NCBI GenBank assembly: GCA_964016885.1
Contig: OZ024743.1
Coordinates: forward strand, 33,542,001 to 33,606,000
Reading direction: 5' to 3'
Length of the DNA: 64,000 bases
Source of the DNA: Eledone cirrhosa
Taxonomy: Eukaryota
Part shown: one piece after another, positions 1-13,790 of the stretch
How the letters are laid out: each line of letters starts with the position of its first letter
How positions within the stretch are numbered: the first letter of the stretch is position 1
Translations under genes and position numbers: made by a program
The notes under the pieces: model-generated
Databases searched by the model: none
Told to the model about the DNA's origin: nothing
The model's input: the letters and a program-made list of their open reading frames with translations, nothing else

Positions 1-1799
1 TTTAATAATTCTTGATTATTTTCAAAATTATTTGAAAATGGCAGGCAGTGTTTTTACATTAGAAATATGGTTATGAAAGAGTGAAATTATTATTGAGTTG
101 AGTTAGGTTAGCTTTGTCATGCATATTGTTATATGGTATATTTGCATGAAGGATGGATAAATTATACAGTTTTGTTTTCATATAACAGTTTTTAAAAATA
201 TTCTTTTGTTTTTTAAATAAGTTAAGCTCCGTTTCTATTGGTACTGGATGCTTTCAATTTGTCCATGTTACATATATATTTAATCTTTGAAACTGCAACT
301 ACTCTATACTGGATGTCCATTTAGGTTACACTTTTGATACCAAATCACCCCAGAAACTGACTTTGTTATTACAATACAAAACTGCTTGTTTTAAAGTGTG
401 TGATTTATCCAAAAAAGTTTCATTATAATTTTATGTCCAGTACTCTTTTTAGGTTCAAAATGTGGTACAGGATCCTTATCAATGAAGTTAGAGTGATGGA
501 TTCATGCATTTCACTGTCATTACAGTTTTTCAACTCTTGCTTACTCAGTCGCTGAGGTATGAAAGTTAAATCTTATAGATTTAATGAACAAATTGTTCTT
601 GGTGAAAGCATATTTACATGTAGAGCAATTGCACTAACACAGTGAGGTTAAGATTAAAAACATATACAATATGTTTACGGGAAATATCTATTTTAAATAT
701 AATATAGTTAAGCATTGAGGTAAGGGTAGTTGATGCATGTATTGTTTCTCTATCTTTACAATCTATCATCATCTGCTTCCTTATGGCAGGTATACGAGCT
801 GGTCAAGTTTGCACTATATGTAAATAAGCCTTTTCTAAGAATAGTTTATTTGAAATCTATATGACTTTACTATTTTACATACTTTGGTATCTAGGCATAA
901 GTAAGCATGTATCCATTGCTCTTACTCCAATTCTAAGATTGTTGTGGCATGATCATAGCTTAAAATGCAGACAGTATGACTGAATGTTAATCTATTAGAT
1001 ATAAACATATTGTATATGAGTTCATATAGACCTATATTCTGTATCATGCTGTGTTAATTCTATTGCTAGCTAAACACTGGCTTTGCCAATTAAATTATGT
1101 TGTCAATAATGACTGCAATGTTATTGAATTCTTGAGAAAAATCCTCCCTCCTCTACAATTATCTGGCACCATACATTTTGACCCACACTAGGTAGTTAAT
1201 ATATAAATTTCATAAATTTTCTTCGTCAATTTTAATTTTTGTTATCAGCATAGTTTTATCTAACTGATATACCTCCTCAAACATTTGATTCCATACTGAT
1301 GTAGAATGAAACCAAAATTAAATGCTACTACTTTATTCATGTACCTGGTTATTAGTTTCACAATTTAACCATCAATTTTTTAAAGATACCTTTCTACCCT
1401 TTGTTATATTATTTAAACTATATTGTCATGAAATTAATTATTTTATGACCATAAAATGCACATTTCCTTGCACACCTAATAAATCACATTAATTCATGTG
1501 GACATTTTTCAAACTCTTCTGACAATTATCAGTAAATATATGCATAAAATATACTTCTAACAACAACTGGTCTATGCGTGAGATAATTCTTTATTTAATT
1601 TATTGAATTTTAAAAAAAAATCTATTTACAACTTATATGTGCATGCAAGTGTATGTGCTGTGTGTGTTTACACTTGCAATGCACACATATCAAGCAGTTG
1701 TATTTGTATGTCTTGTAACTGTCATCAAACATATATATCATTATCAAATTCACATTTTCCCTGCTTGCAAGAGCTGGTTATATATATATATATATATAT

Positions 1800-2142
1800 A
1801 TCATCATCATCATCATCATCATCATCATACGTCTGCTTTTCCCTGCTTGCAAGGGTGGGTCGGGAACTGATTCTGGCTAGATTTCTACAGCTGGATCCCC
1901 TTCCCAAGACCAACCTCATTTACAGTGAGTGCTGGGTGCTTTTTTGCCGTGGCACCTCCACGACCACTTTGCAGAGGAATGATAGGGACCCCAGGCCTAT
2001 CATCTCATTTCTACAGCTGAGTAAACTAGAGCAATGTGAAATAAAGTGTCTTGCTCAAGGAAACAACACATCACCTGGTCTGAGAATTGAACTCACAACC
2101 TTTCGATTGCAAGCCCAATGCTCTAACCACTAAGCCATGTGC

Positions 2143-2146
<4 letters not shown>
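1800..2146 (-). mobile_element. tRNA-headed SINE with RTE-LINE-derived 3' tail (family A)
   Basis: Minus strand has A-box tggcttagtgg, B-box gagttcaattc, ccttgagcaagacactt body, and the tail segment shared with the LINE UTR (diverged here), ending in (GAT)n next to (TA)n. Confidence 0.9.
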
Positions 2147-2181
<35 letters not shown>

Positions 2182-2810
2182 TCCCAGCCAAAATACAGTT
2201 CCGGTGCAGCCACCTGGCCAGGCTTGTCTCATGAAATGGGATGGCAAGAGCTCAGCCATTGGGGCCTTGACTCTTTCATATTACCACACTCTACTACCCC
2301 AAGTATCAAGTACTGTGGTGAGTAATGGTCTAACAGGTTTTTACTGCATCCATTTTGATATATATATATATATATAAATGTCTGTGTTGTATATATGTAT
2401 ACAAATATGTTTGTGGGTATATATATGTATGTATATACATACATACATTGCCATTTACAGACATCAATATATCGATCATGAACCACATGACACAGCTATT
2501 GCAATTCGTCTATTACTTTATCACTCTTTGTGATTAGTTGAACATGAAATTTGTAAACAAGAAATTATAATTATTTTTATTTTTTTACAGATTAATGTGC
2601 AACTTTTAATGATGGGGACTATCAGTTTTATGATGTATATAATATTCTAAGAATTATCATGTATAATATGTTGCCCCAGATGTGTTGCATAATCAGTATA
2701 GAGCTTGATGTGCAGTGATCTATGTATAGGTGTAGCATACCAAGAAATTGAGAATATACATGAATATTTGGTACTTGAAGCAGGAATCTCTCTCTTCCTC
2801 TCTCTCTCTC

Positions 2811-2862
<52 letters not shown>

Positions 2863-3451
2863 CTTATATATAAAGAGGTACCTGAAGATAACTGAGAAAT
2901 ATATCTTTATCATCATAATTTTACATCCATTTTTCCATGGTTGCATAAGTTCAATGACTCATTTTACACAGTACTTAATCAGAACTACTGTCCTTCCAGA
3001 CAAGCCAAGGGCCATATCTACCATTTTGGCATGGTTTATACAGCTGGATTTCCTGCCTGAAATCGACCAGAAAACTAATTGAAATCAAGTTTGAACATAG
3101 AAACATGTTCTGGAAATGAAATGTTATCTTAACAGTTTATCACTGTAACTTATATAAGAAATACTAATAATACTTTATATAGTTTACATTTTATCGTAAT
3201 CATATTTTAATGTTACAAAATAATTTACACTTGAGACATTTCTTTAGCTTGAAAGAGTGTTATCATCTTCAAATATATAAACTCTGTAATTTCATTTTCA
3301 TTCTACTATAACAGATTAGTCAAATTGTTAGGAGTCTATTTCTTTGTGATTATCATTGAAGTGATGCCATGTTACAAGTTATTTTTGTCATCACCAGTAA
3401 CAATAATGATATTGTACGCGCACACACACACATATACATATATACATATAT

Positions 3452-3498
<47 letters not shown>

Positions 3499-3652
3499 GT
3501 GTTTAAATTATGTTTCATGTATTACTTGAATCAAATTCATAAACATAATTGTTTTTCTCAATTATATTTCAGTAATAGTTATATGTGCAAAACTATAAAT
3601 CAATATATCTTCTGCACATGATTTTCAATTATTGTTATTATTATTATTATTA

Positions 3653-3889
3653 TTTGATACCAGACTGCCTGAAACCACCCATAGTTCTATGAGGAAAAAA
3701 TTGTTTATTTGAAAGTATTTATTTGTGTTTATCTAAAAACTTTCCAACATCATTCTGTGAAAGAAGCTTCATATTCCAAAGCCAGCTTAACAATGAGAAA
3801 GTTAGCTATAATACAATATCTCTTCAAACAAATTCCTGATTTCAAAATCATAGACAATGTATTTCATTAGAAATATAGTAACAAAAGGG
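3653..3889 (+). mobile_element. Older TTAA-type MITE family 2; decayed relatives near 330-430, 19828-20220, 21565-21760, 42516-42625, 49750-49960, 53000-53200, 63140-63330
   Basis: tttgataccagactgcctgaaaccaccc ... aacaaaaggg|TTAA. Confidence 0.6.
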
Positions 3890-3959
3890 TTAATGAAAGT
3901 GGTTCCTTGAAATAAATTAATAACTAATCATACACATCTAGGTGTAAAAGTGAAACTAG

Positions 3960-4420
3960 CTATCTTCAATTCGGTATTCATGCCAACCCTTATATATGGT
4001 CGTGAATCTTGGGTAATGACTGAAAGAATATGATCGTGAATACAAGCGGCCGAAATGGAATTCCTCTGAAGGGTCTTTGGAGTAATGTTACTTGGTAGAG
4101 TGCATAGCTCGGAGATCAGAGAGGCACTCCAAATAGAGCCTCTACTTCTGAGAGATCACAACTCTGATGCTATAGGCATGTGGTTAGAATATCTCAGAAG
4201 AAAAGAATTGCTGAGATAGATTTTATGGGCAAAACCAACCAGCAGGAAACCCAGGGGCAGATCCTGAACAAGATGGTTGGATAACATCCATGAGTTAAGC
4301 TAGCCTCACTTGGGGATCCAGCTGGATCAGTTCAAGATGATTGCTTCTGACAGGACCCGCTGGAAGGAGTGTTTGAGGACTCTGCTCCCCAAACCCTCTC
4401 AGGAATAAGTGGGCAAAGAA
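3960..4420 (+). pseudogene. Decayed RTE-type LINE 3' fragment (different family)
   Basis: Translation YGRESWVMTE...IQAAEMEFL*RVFGV...EIREAL...RSQL*CYRHVVRI resembles the RTE C-terminus. Confidence 0.75.
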
Positions 4421-4798
4421 GATTCTCAGATGAAATTGTGGTGGAAGATTTATTTCTTAAGATTAATACCAACACTTCAAAATATACAGTTTTGTATCAT
4501 TGAATCAGTGCCAGTTTCAAGGGAGTTGATATCAAAAGGGTTAATATATTATTGACTGTAAACTGGAGTATGAGATGGAATTATATTGGCATGTGAAACT
4601 CAGTGTTGCGAGTTTTCTTGATCCTACTAGCATCAAAGAAATATATTGATGGTAATTTTAATTCTTTATTATTTCAATATCTAAAAATTTAGTTCTTTTT
4701 TATAAGAATATCAAAATATTTTATTCTGTTTCACCTTTAATTACCTACATGTCTGTAAAACCTGATTTCCCCATTGTCTCAGTTTTCAGTTTACTTAA

Positions 4799-5004
4799 CC
4801 CTTTAGCATTTAAACCATGGCCAGAATTCTCTCACCTCATTCTGTTTAAACCAACTGTAACCGACTGCTCATACTAATGTTAAGATATTGTCCTCAAAAT
4901 AAAAATAAAAATCTCATATTCGATATTATGTGAAATAATTCTGAGGTAAAGCCTTTATCACAAAAATACAACAGTATATATAGAGTAATGTAAATGATAA
5001 AGGG
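4799..5004 (+). mobile_element. piggyBac-like MITE family 1
   Basis: TTAA|ccctttagcattta ... taaatgataaaggg|TTAA. Confidence 0.85.
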
Positions 5005-5197
5005 TTAAAAATGTATTCATCGGATCTCTTTGTTCCCTATTTCCTCCTTATTTCTTTCCTTCTCTCTAATTTGTTTTTCTGATACATCCTTGTAATAGAA
5101 GAATCTAATTTAACTATGATTATTTCAAATCTATCTCTGTATCTTTTATTCTCGAATCCTTCATTCTTGCTTACTACTTTATCTGTCCTCTTAACAG

Positions 5198-5288
5198 TAT
5201 TCACACGATCGAATTGTGTGTTAGCGATGTTGCAAGATCCTTTCTATATTCAAAAACAGCAGGAGGGATTCAATGGGAAGTAATGGAA
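5198..5288 (+). CDS. Candidate internal exon (91 nt, phase 2 to 0)
   Basis: Pyrimidine tract + ttaacag|, donor GAA|gtatga. Open frame IHTIELCVSDVARSFLYSKTAGGIQWEVME, with retained CpGs. Confidence 0.3.
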
Positions 5289-5573
5289 GTATGAGTTGAA
5301 GTTATTGCTGCTTTAAAATCAATATGAATGTACCAGGTGACAATTGATTGGTATCAATACTACATACAAATAATTTTCAGTCAAGAATAGCAGCATTGAT
5401 GCAGCTCAAATTCATAACCATTCTTGGCAGAAGACATTCTCTCTATAAGATGACACTTAAGAGAATTTTTAGCATTAGTTCTTCATATTTAGTTATCACT
5501 TGACAAAGTTGACTAGCATGTAGATAGATGCCTTGTCTATAAAAGGCAAGCAAAGGATCTTTAACCTCTTTAA

Positions 5574-5755
5574 CCCTTTAGCATTTAAACCGGCCAAATC
5601 CGTCCCGGCTGTAACTGGCCATGTTAAGGGATTGTTCACAAAATAAATAACATCAAAATCTCATAGATTCAATATAATATGAGATAATTATGTAAGATAA
5701 AGCCTTTCCCACAAAAATACAATAGAAAATATAGAGTAATGTAAATGCTAAAGGG
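5574..5755 (+). mobile_element. piggyBac-like MITE family 1
   Basis: Perfect 14-bp TIR ccctttagcattta, TTAA on both sides. Confidence 0.88.
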
Positions 5756-6984
5756 TTAAAGTAAAAAAAGGTTATTTTAACACTATATGATTAATTTATT
5801 CTAAATCATAGCTATTCAAGAATGTTTGCTATTTTAATCAGAAATATGGCAGTAATATATAATGCATATTGTCAGAAAAAAAAATTCTATTTTTAGATAA
5901 CTTATATTTTTAGAACCTTAGTCGACAAACTTCTGTCTAAAGGAGGTACATATAATTTTGATATCTAAATAGAATGAGCTAAATTAATTTTGGTATTCAG
6001 TTAAATTTCTGTGAGTTAAATAATGAATATAGCATGATGTCTCTCTCACTTGAGTATTTTGCAGTTGTTTCTTTTTCTTTTTTTTTTTTCGATTCCTGTT
6101 TCACATTCCACATATATTTTTTTTCTTTTGACCTCAAATTGAACACATTTATATACAGTATGTACAAAAAGAAAATATGTCTTAATAATTTGTACCAACA
6201 ATTACATATGACAGCTTGACTGGACATAAATAGATATTTAAAAAAGCAGGAAAAGGAACTAAATATCGAATCAGACTAATGAAACTGTTTCCATTAGTCT
6301 TTTTATTGATATCTGCCAGTTGCTAATCTTAGCAGAAGCACCATTACTTTTCTGGTAACAGATTTGAACTCAGAATGCACTGAGGCAGAAGAAATACTGC
6401 AAAGTATTCTATTCAACTTTTTTAGTAATTCTGCCAACTGCCAATCCATTCCCTCCACCTCCATCCTGCAATTACTGCTCTACCCCCCCCCCCCCCCCAA
6501 AAAAAAAAAGATTAAAAGACAAAGTTGACCTTGGAATTTGAACACAGAGAGTCAGGACAAATATCAAGGTGCTTAATCTGATGCTCTAATGTCTCTACCA
6601 ATTTTCCACCTTGATAAATAGATATATCTAAAGTTATAAACATATATTCTATGAATTTTAGGTATTTATATTCGCAATTTTAGTAGTGAATTACCAGACT
6701 TGAATTCTTTGGTAGAAGTTTGCCACTTTGCTAATACATTTTCAGAATATGATAAGTGTTTAATTGATTGTTGAATCCATGTCAGCATAGAAAGATAGGC
6801 ATTAAATAATGTTGATGATAAAAGCAACAGAAAGCAACCCCAAACTCTAAAATACATGTGTATATTTTGCATGTGTGACAACCTTCTTTTATGATTCATG
6901 TGATGTATAGTTAGAATATTGAACTACTAGACTATATTTACTCTTGAATAATTCAACCAGCATTATTGTCACTTCTTCATTATT

Positions 6985-7095
6985 TATTCAAATCCCGCCA
7001 AGTTTAACTTTGCCTTTCATCCTTACAGGGTCGATGAAATAAAGTACCAGTAATGCACTGGGATAATTGCTGGCCTTGTGCCAAAAGTAAAAATA
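6985..7095 (+). mobile_element. SINE family B 3' fragment; other fragments near 6300-6610, 16020-16230, 20435-20532, 40830-41020, 43915-44030, 60860-60965
   Basis: ttcaaatcccgcc...ctttcatccttacagggtcgatgaaataaagtaccagtaatgcactgg. Confidence 0.75.
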
Positions 7096-7237
7096 ATTAT
7101 TTATTTTAATGTTTCCTTTCATTAGCAATAATACTAACACATGTTGATGCAGAGTAAAAGCTGCTTGATATAGATATTGAACTCATATCCAATATCTGTA
7201 TTTATAATAAACTTATGTTGGTATCACAAAAACATCA

Positions 7238-7468
7238 AGCCCACACTGTAAAGTGGTCATGTAGTGTCACAACAAAAAGCACTCAGCCCACACTGTAAAT
7301 GTGGTTGGCGTTAGGAAGGGTATCCAGCCGTAGAAATCTAACCAGAAACAGACCTATATAAGCTAGACACAGTCACTTGACACAACTTGCCTCTAATGGG
7401 ACAAACCCGTCTAACCCATGCTAGTGTGGAAAATAGACGTTAAACAATGATGATGATGCTGATGATGC
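7238..7468 (+). mobile_element. RTE-tail SINE fragment (older)
   Basis: ctgtaaatgtggttggcgttaggaagggtatccagccgtagaaa...acccatgctagtgtgg...(gat)n. Confidence 0.8.
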
Positions 7469-7828
7469 ATATAGTCCCACTGTAAATGTTTTAAGATGTG
7501 ACCATATCTAAACTACATCATTATCAATATAGAAGCACTGTATACATGTATAATGGTCTTTCATATACTTATTGCTTTTACACAGATACTTAGGTAGCTG
7601 TGGTATGATTACAGTTGAAAATACTCATAACGAGATTATATATATGTTAGTTATACATACACATATTTCAAATGAGTCCATATGTGCTTCTATTCTGATA
7701 TTGCCATATTCTATATCATTCCAAAGGACTGGTATCTCCAGATTATTAGTTTCTTTGCTTCCATATTGGAAGAACTCTTGGTGTTTCTCTCAATTTATAT
7801 TTATGAATATTTTATGAATAATAATTGT

Positions 7829-8011
7829 TTCTACTTTAGGCACAAGGCCAGCAATTATCCAGTGCATTACTGGTACTTTATTTTATCGACCTCCGTAAGG
7901 ATGAAAGGCAAAGTAAACCTCGGCGGGATTTGAACTCGGACCGTAAAGGGACGTAACTATGCTGGAAAGCATGGCGTCCGATTCTCTACCGATACTGCCA
8001 ATCCACCGCCC
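7829..8011 (-). mobile_element. tRNA-derived SINE family B
   Basis: Minus strand reads ggcggtggattggcagtatcggtag...gagttcaaatcccgccgaggtt...ctttcatccttacgg...gtaccagtaatgcactgg...tggccttgtgcc. Many copies in the window. Confidence 0.85.
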
Positions 8012-8133
8012 TATTTTATGAATAATAATGATGTATACTTTTTTGTAACAATTCCTAAACCGTTCATTAACAATGATGAGGCTCATTTGAAACTTTTTTT
8101 TTTTGTGGTTTTATTTTAGCTAATGAAGATTAA

Positions 8134-8327
8134 CTCTTTAACATTTAAACTGGCCATATCTGCCCAGAACTCTTTCACCTCTTTCTGTTCAAACTGGCTG
8201 TAACTGGCTGCTCATACTTATGTTAAAATAAATAATATCAAAACCTCAGAGATTCGATATTATGTAAGATAAAGCCTTTACTATGAAAATGCAATAGTAA
8301 ATATAGAATAATGTAAATGCTAAAGAG
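8134..8327 (+). mobile_element. piggyBac-like MITE family 1
   Basis: TTAA|ctctttaacattta ... taaatgctaaagag|TTAA, with the same internal sequence. Confidence 0.85.
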
Positions 8328-9359
8328 TTAAATTGCTATTAGTTATTTATTAGTCAGTTTTGGTAAAAAAGTTATCCGAATTCCAGAATCTCATTAGGCC
8401 AGATATTATCGCAGTTTAATTGCGAGAAGAAGACTCCTCCCTGAATGGCATTGGACAGCTGATACTGTCAATAATTTTGTTTCAGCAATGTAAAATGAAC
8501 TTACTCATGGACACAACACACCACCCAGTCAAAGAATTGAACCTATGACCTTACAATTGGGAGTCCAACACACTAAACACTAAGCCAGTTTTGTAGTCAT
8601 CTCTAATTACAATATTTCATATTAGATTATATCACTATAGTGATAGTGTTACAATTATCTATAACCACACGCACATGCTTGTATGTGTGTTTATGTAAGG
8701 CAGTCTCAGCTCATACAAAGTACATCGACTGCTGGATATGTTATATATCAGAATGTCTCAATGCCCAAGGATTGGGAAATGTAATTGTTATTTCTTGTTG
8801 ACAATTAACGTGTGCAAAATTAAAATTGTGATTATTTTTATGTATTTCTCATTAGAATTATTAATGATGTAATAAAAGATGAATAAGTAAAGCTAGGAAT
8901 TGAAAATGCTGGGAATATTCTTTCTACTCTGCAATCCTTATTTATACAGGATACATTTCAACAAAACTATTAGCTTTATTTTATTCTACTTAAGAGATGT
9001 AATTAATTTTTCTTTTTATTTTATCACTATATGTATATTTTTTCTTCAATAAATCCATAATATGGTTCAAAAGAGCTATAACTTTCTTTTCAATTACCTG
9101 GAATGAGTAGTAACACCTTAAGTAATTTCCTTTGACAGATGCATTGGCAGTTATGCTTATTTTATTTTATTTTATGCATAATTATTAATAGCATCTATAG
9201 AGAAATATAATATAATTTCTAGAAAACAGCTGTCATAGAATCACAGCAACAGTAACTGTTTAAATTTTTAAATATTTATACAAGAAATCCTTTATCAGTT
9301 GAAGAATCAATGCAACTACAATATGTATTAACACAATATGAATTGTTATACATACATAT

Positions 9360-9712
9360 TACTTGTTTATTCCTTTACTACTTCCAGTCATTAGACTGTG
9401 GTTATGCTGGGGCACTGCCATAAAGGGATTTATTCAATCATAACCCCAGTATCTGTTTTCAAATCTGATACTTATTTTATGAATTTCTTTTTGTTGAAGA
9501 GTTAGGCCATGGTACATGACTAACCATGACCCTGAACACAGACAAAACGTAAACATACACATATGACAAGCTTCTGCAGTTTCCTTTGCCAAATTTCAAG
9601 CACAAAGCCTTGGCCTACCCCAAGCTACAGTAGAAGAAACTTGCCCAAGGTACAACAGTGGGAGTGAACCAAAACTCACGTGGCTGCAAATTGAACTTTT
9701 TAACCACACAGC
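9360..9712 (-). mobile_element. tRNA-derived SINE family C (old); further copies 18386-18685 +, 39168-39432 +, 45322-45823 -
   Basis: Shared head gctgtgtggttaa(g/a)aagtt and 3' gtgccccagcat...cagtctaatgactg. Confidence 0.72.
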
Positions 9713-10132
9713 AAATGTATAATTTATAGAAAACTGCTCTCAGAATCATACAACAGCAACTGTTATAGTTTTCAAATGATTATTCAAGAAACCTCTTTAT
9801 TAATCCAAGGACCATTCCACTGTGCTATATGTATTTCTCTATGTACACATATTCTTAACTCTTTGTGAAATTTTCTAATTCTGTATATGAATGTTTTCAC
9901 ACATATTGCAACATGATGATATGATCCCACTCCCAATTTTATGAAGATTTAGATATGCATAGACACAACAAACTCACTCACAAATTAAATTAATTTCATC
10001 TTTGCATATCAATTACTTTATAATTAATTACGTTTGCCGAGGTCCATTTTAAATAGGGCAACATTAATTAAACTATTCATTATATAGAAATTCTGTTTTA
10101 TTGATATTTCAAATTCAACTAAAACTTGCACT

Positions 10133-10262
10133 ATCTTTCTCCTTACTCCTTCTCTTTATTCTCTTTCTTTCTCCTTACTCCTTCTCTTTATTCTCTTTCT
10201 TTCTCCTTACTCCTCTTTATTCTCTTTCTTCCTCCTTACTCCTTCTCTTTATTCTCTTTCTT
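10133..10262. repeat. ~31-bp pyrimidine-rich minisatellite (ctccttactccttctctttattctctttctt) x4
   Basis: Direct observation. Confidence 0.9.
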
Positions 10263-10618
10263 ATTCTATATCATTCAATGTATATAATGAATCTATGAAC
10301 TATATACCCAATAAATGTGCATTTGTGAAGGAACACAACATTTGTCTCCACAATACAAATTATTGCATTTAAAGAAAAAGGATAAAAGGATGCTGAAGTC
10401 AATGCTGCCCTCCACATGAGAGAATATGATTTTCTACTTAAGAAATAACTAGAATCATATTTTCTATAGTAATGCTATCTTTGATTCCATATCTTGCTCT
10501 GCATCTCACAGCTGGGAATCTAAACCTTTTCTATTTCAGCCTATTGTAACCAATTAACCTTTCACTGCATTAGCTGAGTAGTCTATTATTTTTTTTTTCT
10601 TCATCTTTGTTCAATCAG

Positions 10619-10655
10619 ATGATATTCTGAAGAAATACAAAAATGTCAATTGTTG
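10619..10655 (+). CDS. Candidate micro-exon (37 nt)
   Basis: Strong polypyrimidine tract + cag|, donor TG|gtaaat. One open frame DILKKYKNVNC. Confidence 0.2.
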
Positions 10656-12389
10656 GTAAATCTTATTAAAACAGCAGATAGTGGAGAAAACATGACCAAG
10701 AAAATCATCGGGTGGTACAAGATATTTTTACTTGAATCAAATTTATATAAAATTTTATCGAAAGTAGAAAATGTTCATAGTATTTGATTTTTTTTTTTTT
10801 TTTTTTTTTTTGTAATAAGAAAAAAAATTACAAAAATTGTATATATATAAAGATATAATATTAAAGTATGATATTTGGTATTTGTTCCATATTCAGTTCT
10901 TCACCCACTCCTCCATACTTTTCTATCTCGCAGCAAACTTCTATTTGCTATTGCCATTTAAAAAAATATTATATTAGTGTTATCCGTAATTATCTGAGTA
11001 TACATTTGCCATTGTAGCAAATAGTAGGTAAATGAATAGATTTATAATAAAAATAATGGTTTCTTTATTAACCACACAAGGCTGACATTAGGCAAATAAT
11101 AAAAACGGCCTAGGATGATACTGTGTAAATTTTTGTGTGTAAAAAAATAAACATTTAGAAAATCAAACAAAACAAATTTCCTAAATGGTCGAGAGCCAAT
11201 AACTTCATAAGCACATCAGTTGCAATACTTATTCTAAGTGCCTCTTTTAGCTTTCTAAATATCTCTCTCCCTCTTATCTAGTTTTCTCTATCACCATACC
11301 TTTACTAAACACTATCAATTCTATTCTAATTGCCCTTTTCAGAGTGAACCACCATTTGTTGTTGATGATTGCTCCTGTCAGCGCCTGCTTAATTAATAAT
11401 CTAGTTCAGTCTCTGTAAGCGTTATGTGCCAGGAAGGATGTTTTTTGCTTCCAGTAACCGGGTCCCTGACTTTGAAGCCTATCTAAATCTACACAAAATA
11501 CAAATTTGTGGTCTGTGTAGTTGACTACTTTGAATTGTGAACAACCTACACTAGCTTTGTCTCCTTTTCTACAGAATATCCTATCTAAATACCATCTGGA
11601 TTAACAGATGTTACCAGATGTGGTTTGACCATGTCCACATTGGCACGTTTAGGAAATCCACTTAGTACCTGTCAGACAGTTGGAAATGTCTGAGTAGGTT
11701 TGTGAAGCTCTCACATCTTCCTTCTCTATTTGATCTTCCTTCTCTATTTGTTAGACCCACATAGTCCCTGTGTGCATCTAAGATATCATTCTAGTCACTC
11801 ACTAATACTAAATAATGAGATGTTTCTAGAAAGATCTCCAGGTGTCCGAAAAAAATCTGGTTGTCCTGCATCTGTCAGGGCATAGACAGCCACTAGCCTG
11901 AAAGCATGTCCATCACTGCTGGCCATGTCTGGTTGGATTGTGTTGATGTTATTGTTGGTGCCTGTCGTGTCTGTTGTGGTTTTGTTATTGATGGTGATGT
12001 TAGTACACATGTTGGTTTGTGCTATGTGCCTTATGGCTTTTGCTTTTTTTCTGTCTTCTTTCACTATGGCTACATTTTGCTAAAATGATTCATAATGTTA
12101 CTCATACAAATACAGTATTAAAGAAAACAGCAATTTGAGGAAAAGGCACATATATTTTGATATATGTTTATTCTATTTGTTGAAATGAACGAAAAAGAGT
12201 GAAAAAAAACCGTAATGTTATGCCAATGCTCAACAGATGATATTTCTTGTATATGTGCATGCTCCTATGCATATATGTGTTTGTATGTATAAATGTATGC
12301 CTGTGTGTATGCACTCCAATATACACTTTGACTGCAACTCTCCTCGGTATGTATTCTCCTCCTTCAATCCATATGGTAATTATCTCTAT

Positions 12390-12565
12390 CTTTCTCTTTT
12401 ACTCGTCCCTATCTCTCTTACTCTCTCTCTCTTTCTTTCTCTCTCTTTCTTTCTCTCTTTCTCTTTCTCTCTTTCTCTTTCTCTCTTTCTCTTTCTCTCT
12501 TTCTCTTTCTTTCTCTCTTTCTCTTTCTTTCTCTCTTTCTCTTTCTCTCTTTCTCTCTCTCTCTA
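12390..12565. repeat. CT/CTTT polypyrimidine low-complexity tract
   Basis: Direct observation. Confidence 0.95.
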
Positions 12566-13090
12566 CATATATATATGTTGTTAAAATGTGACATTGGACC
12601 AATGAACCAACACACATGGAGTATTATATATTAGAGATTACCTCAGCTTTCTATTTTACACTACACCCCCTCTTCTCTCAAACTTCTTCAGTTCATAGCT
12701 GCACCATCTATCCTACACTCCATCTCTCATGACAAACACTTCTCTATGTTACTGTATACAGAATACACCATGTGAACACAACAGTACAACAGACAAGTAT
12801 AAGATCCTGAAAAGATACCCTAATTGTTCTCCATTCCTCTCTTAACCCAGAAATTTCATTTCATGAAGTAGTTTGTTGTATTTGAGTAATTTGTTGTACC
12901 TTTTTTTTCTTCTTCATCTGAGATATATATTTATGTGGTTATACTAAATTTATATCATTAGACAAGGCTGTGCATTCCTCTTCATTATCTAACTGTTGAA
13001 TTCTTTCTAATTGCTACTTTGAAGAAATAGTTGTGCGACATACAGATGGATATTGATTTTATACATAACAGTTGTATTGCTGTAAATATG

Positions 13091-13790
<700 letters not shown>

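Noticed and set aside
453-556. 104-nt exon with good splice sites
   Set aside because: All three frames contain a stop. Only a 31-nt sub-exon (526-556) remains possible.
2871-2910. CTGAAGA...GAAA-tata-TC as a hammerhead
   Set aside because: No proper stem II, and stem I is not adjacent to the core.
11050-12060. Possible decayed LINE on the minus strand (similar regions at 41480-41940 and 44690-45240)
   Set aside because: Composition is suggestive, but I could not read convincing protein motifs.
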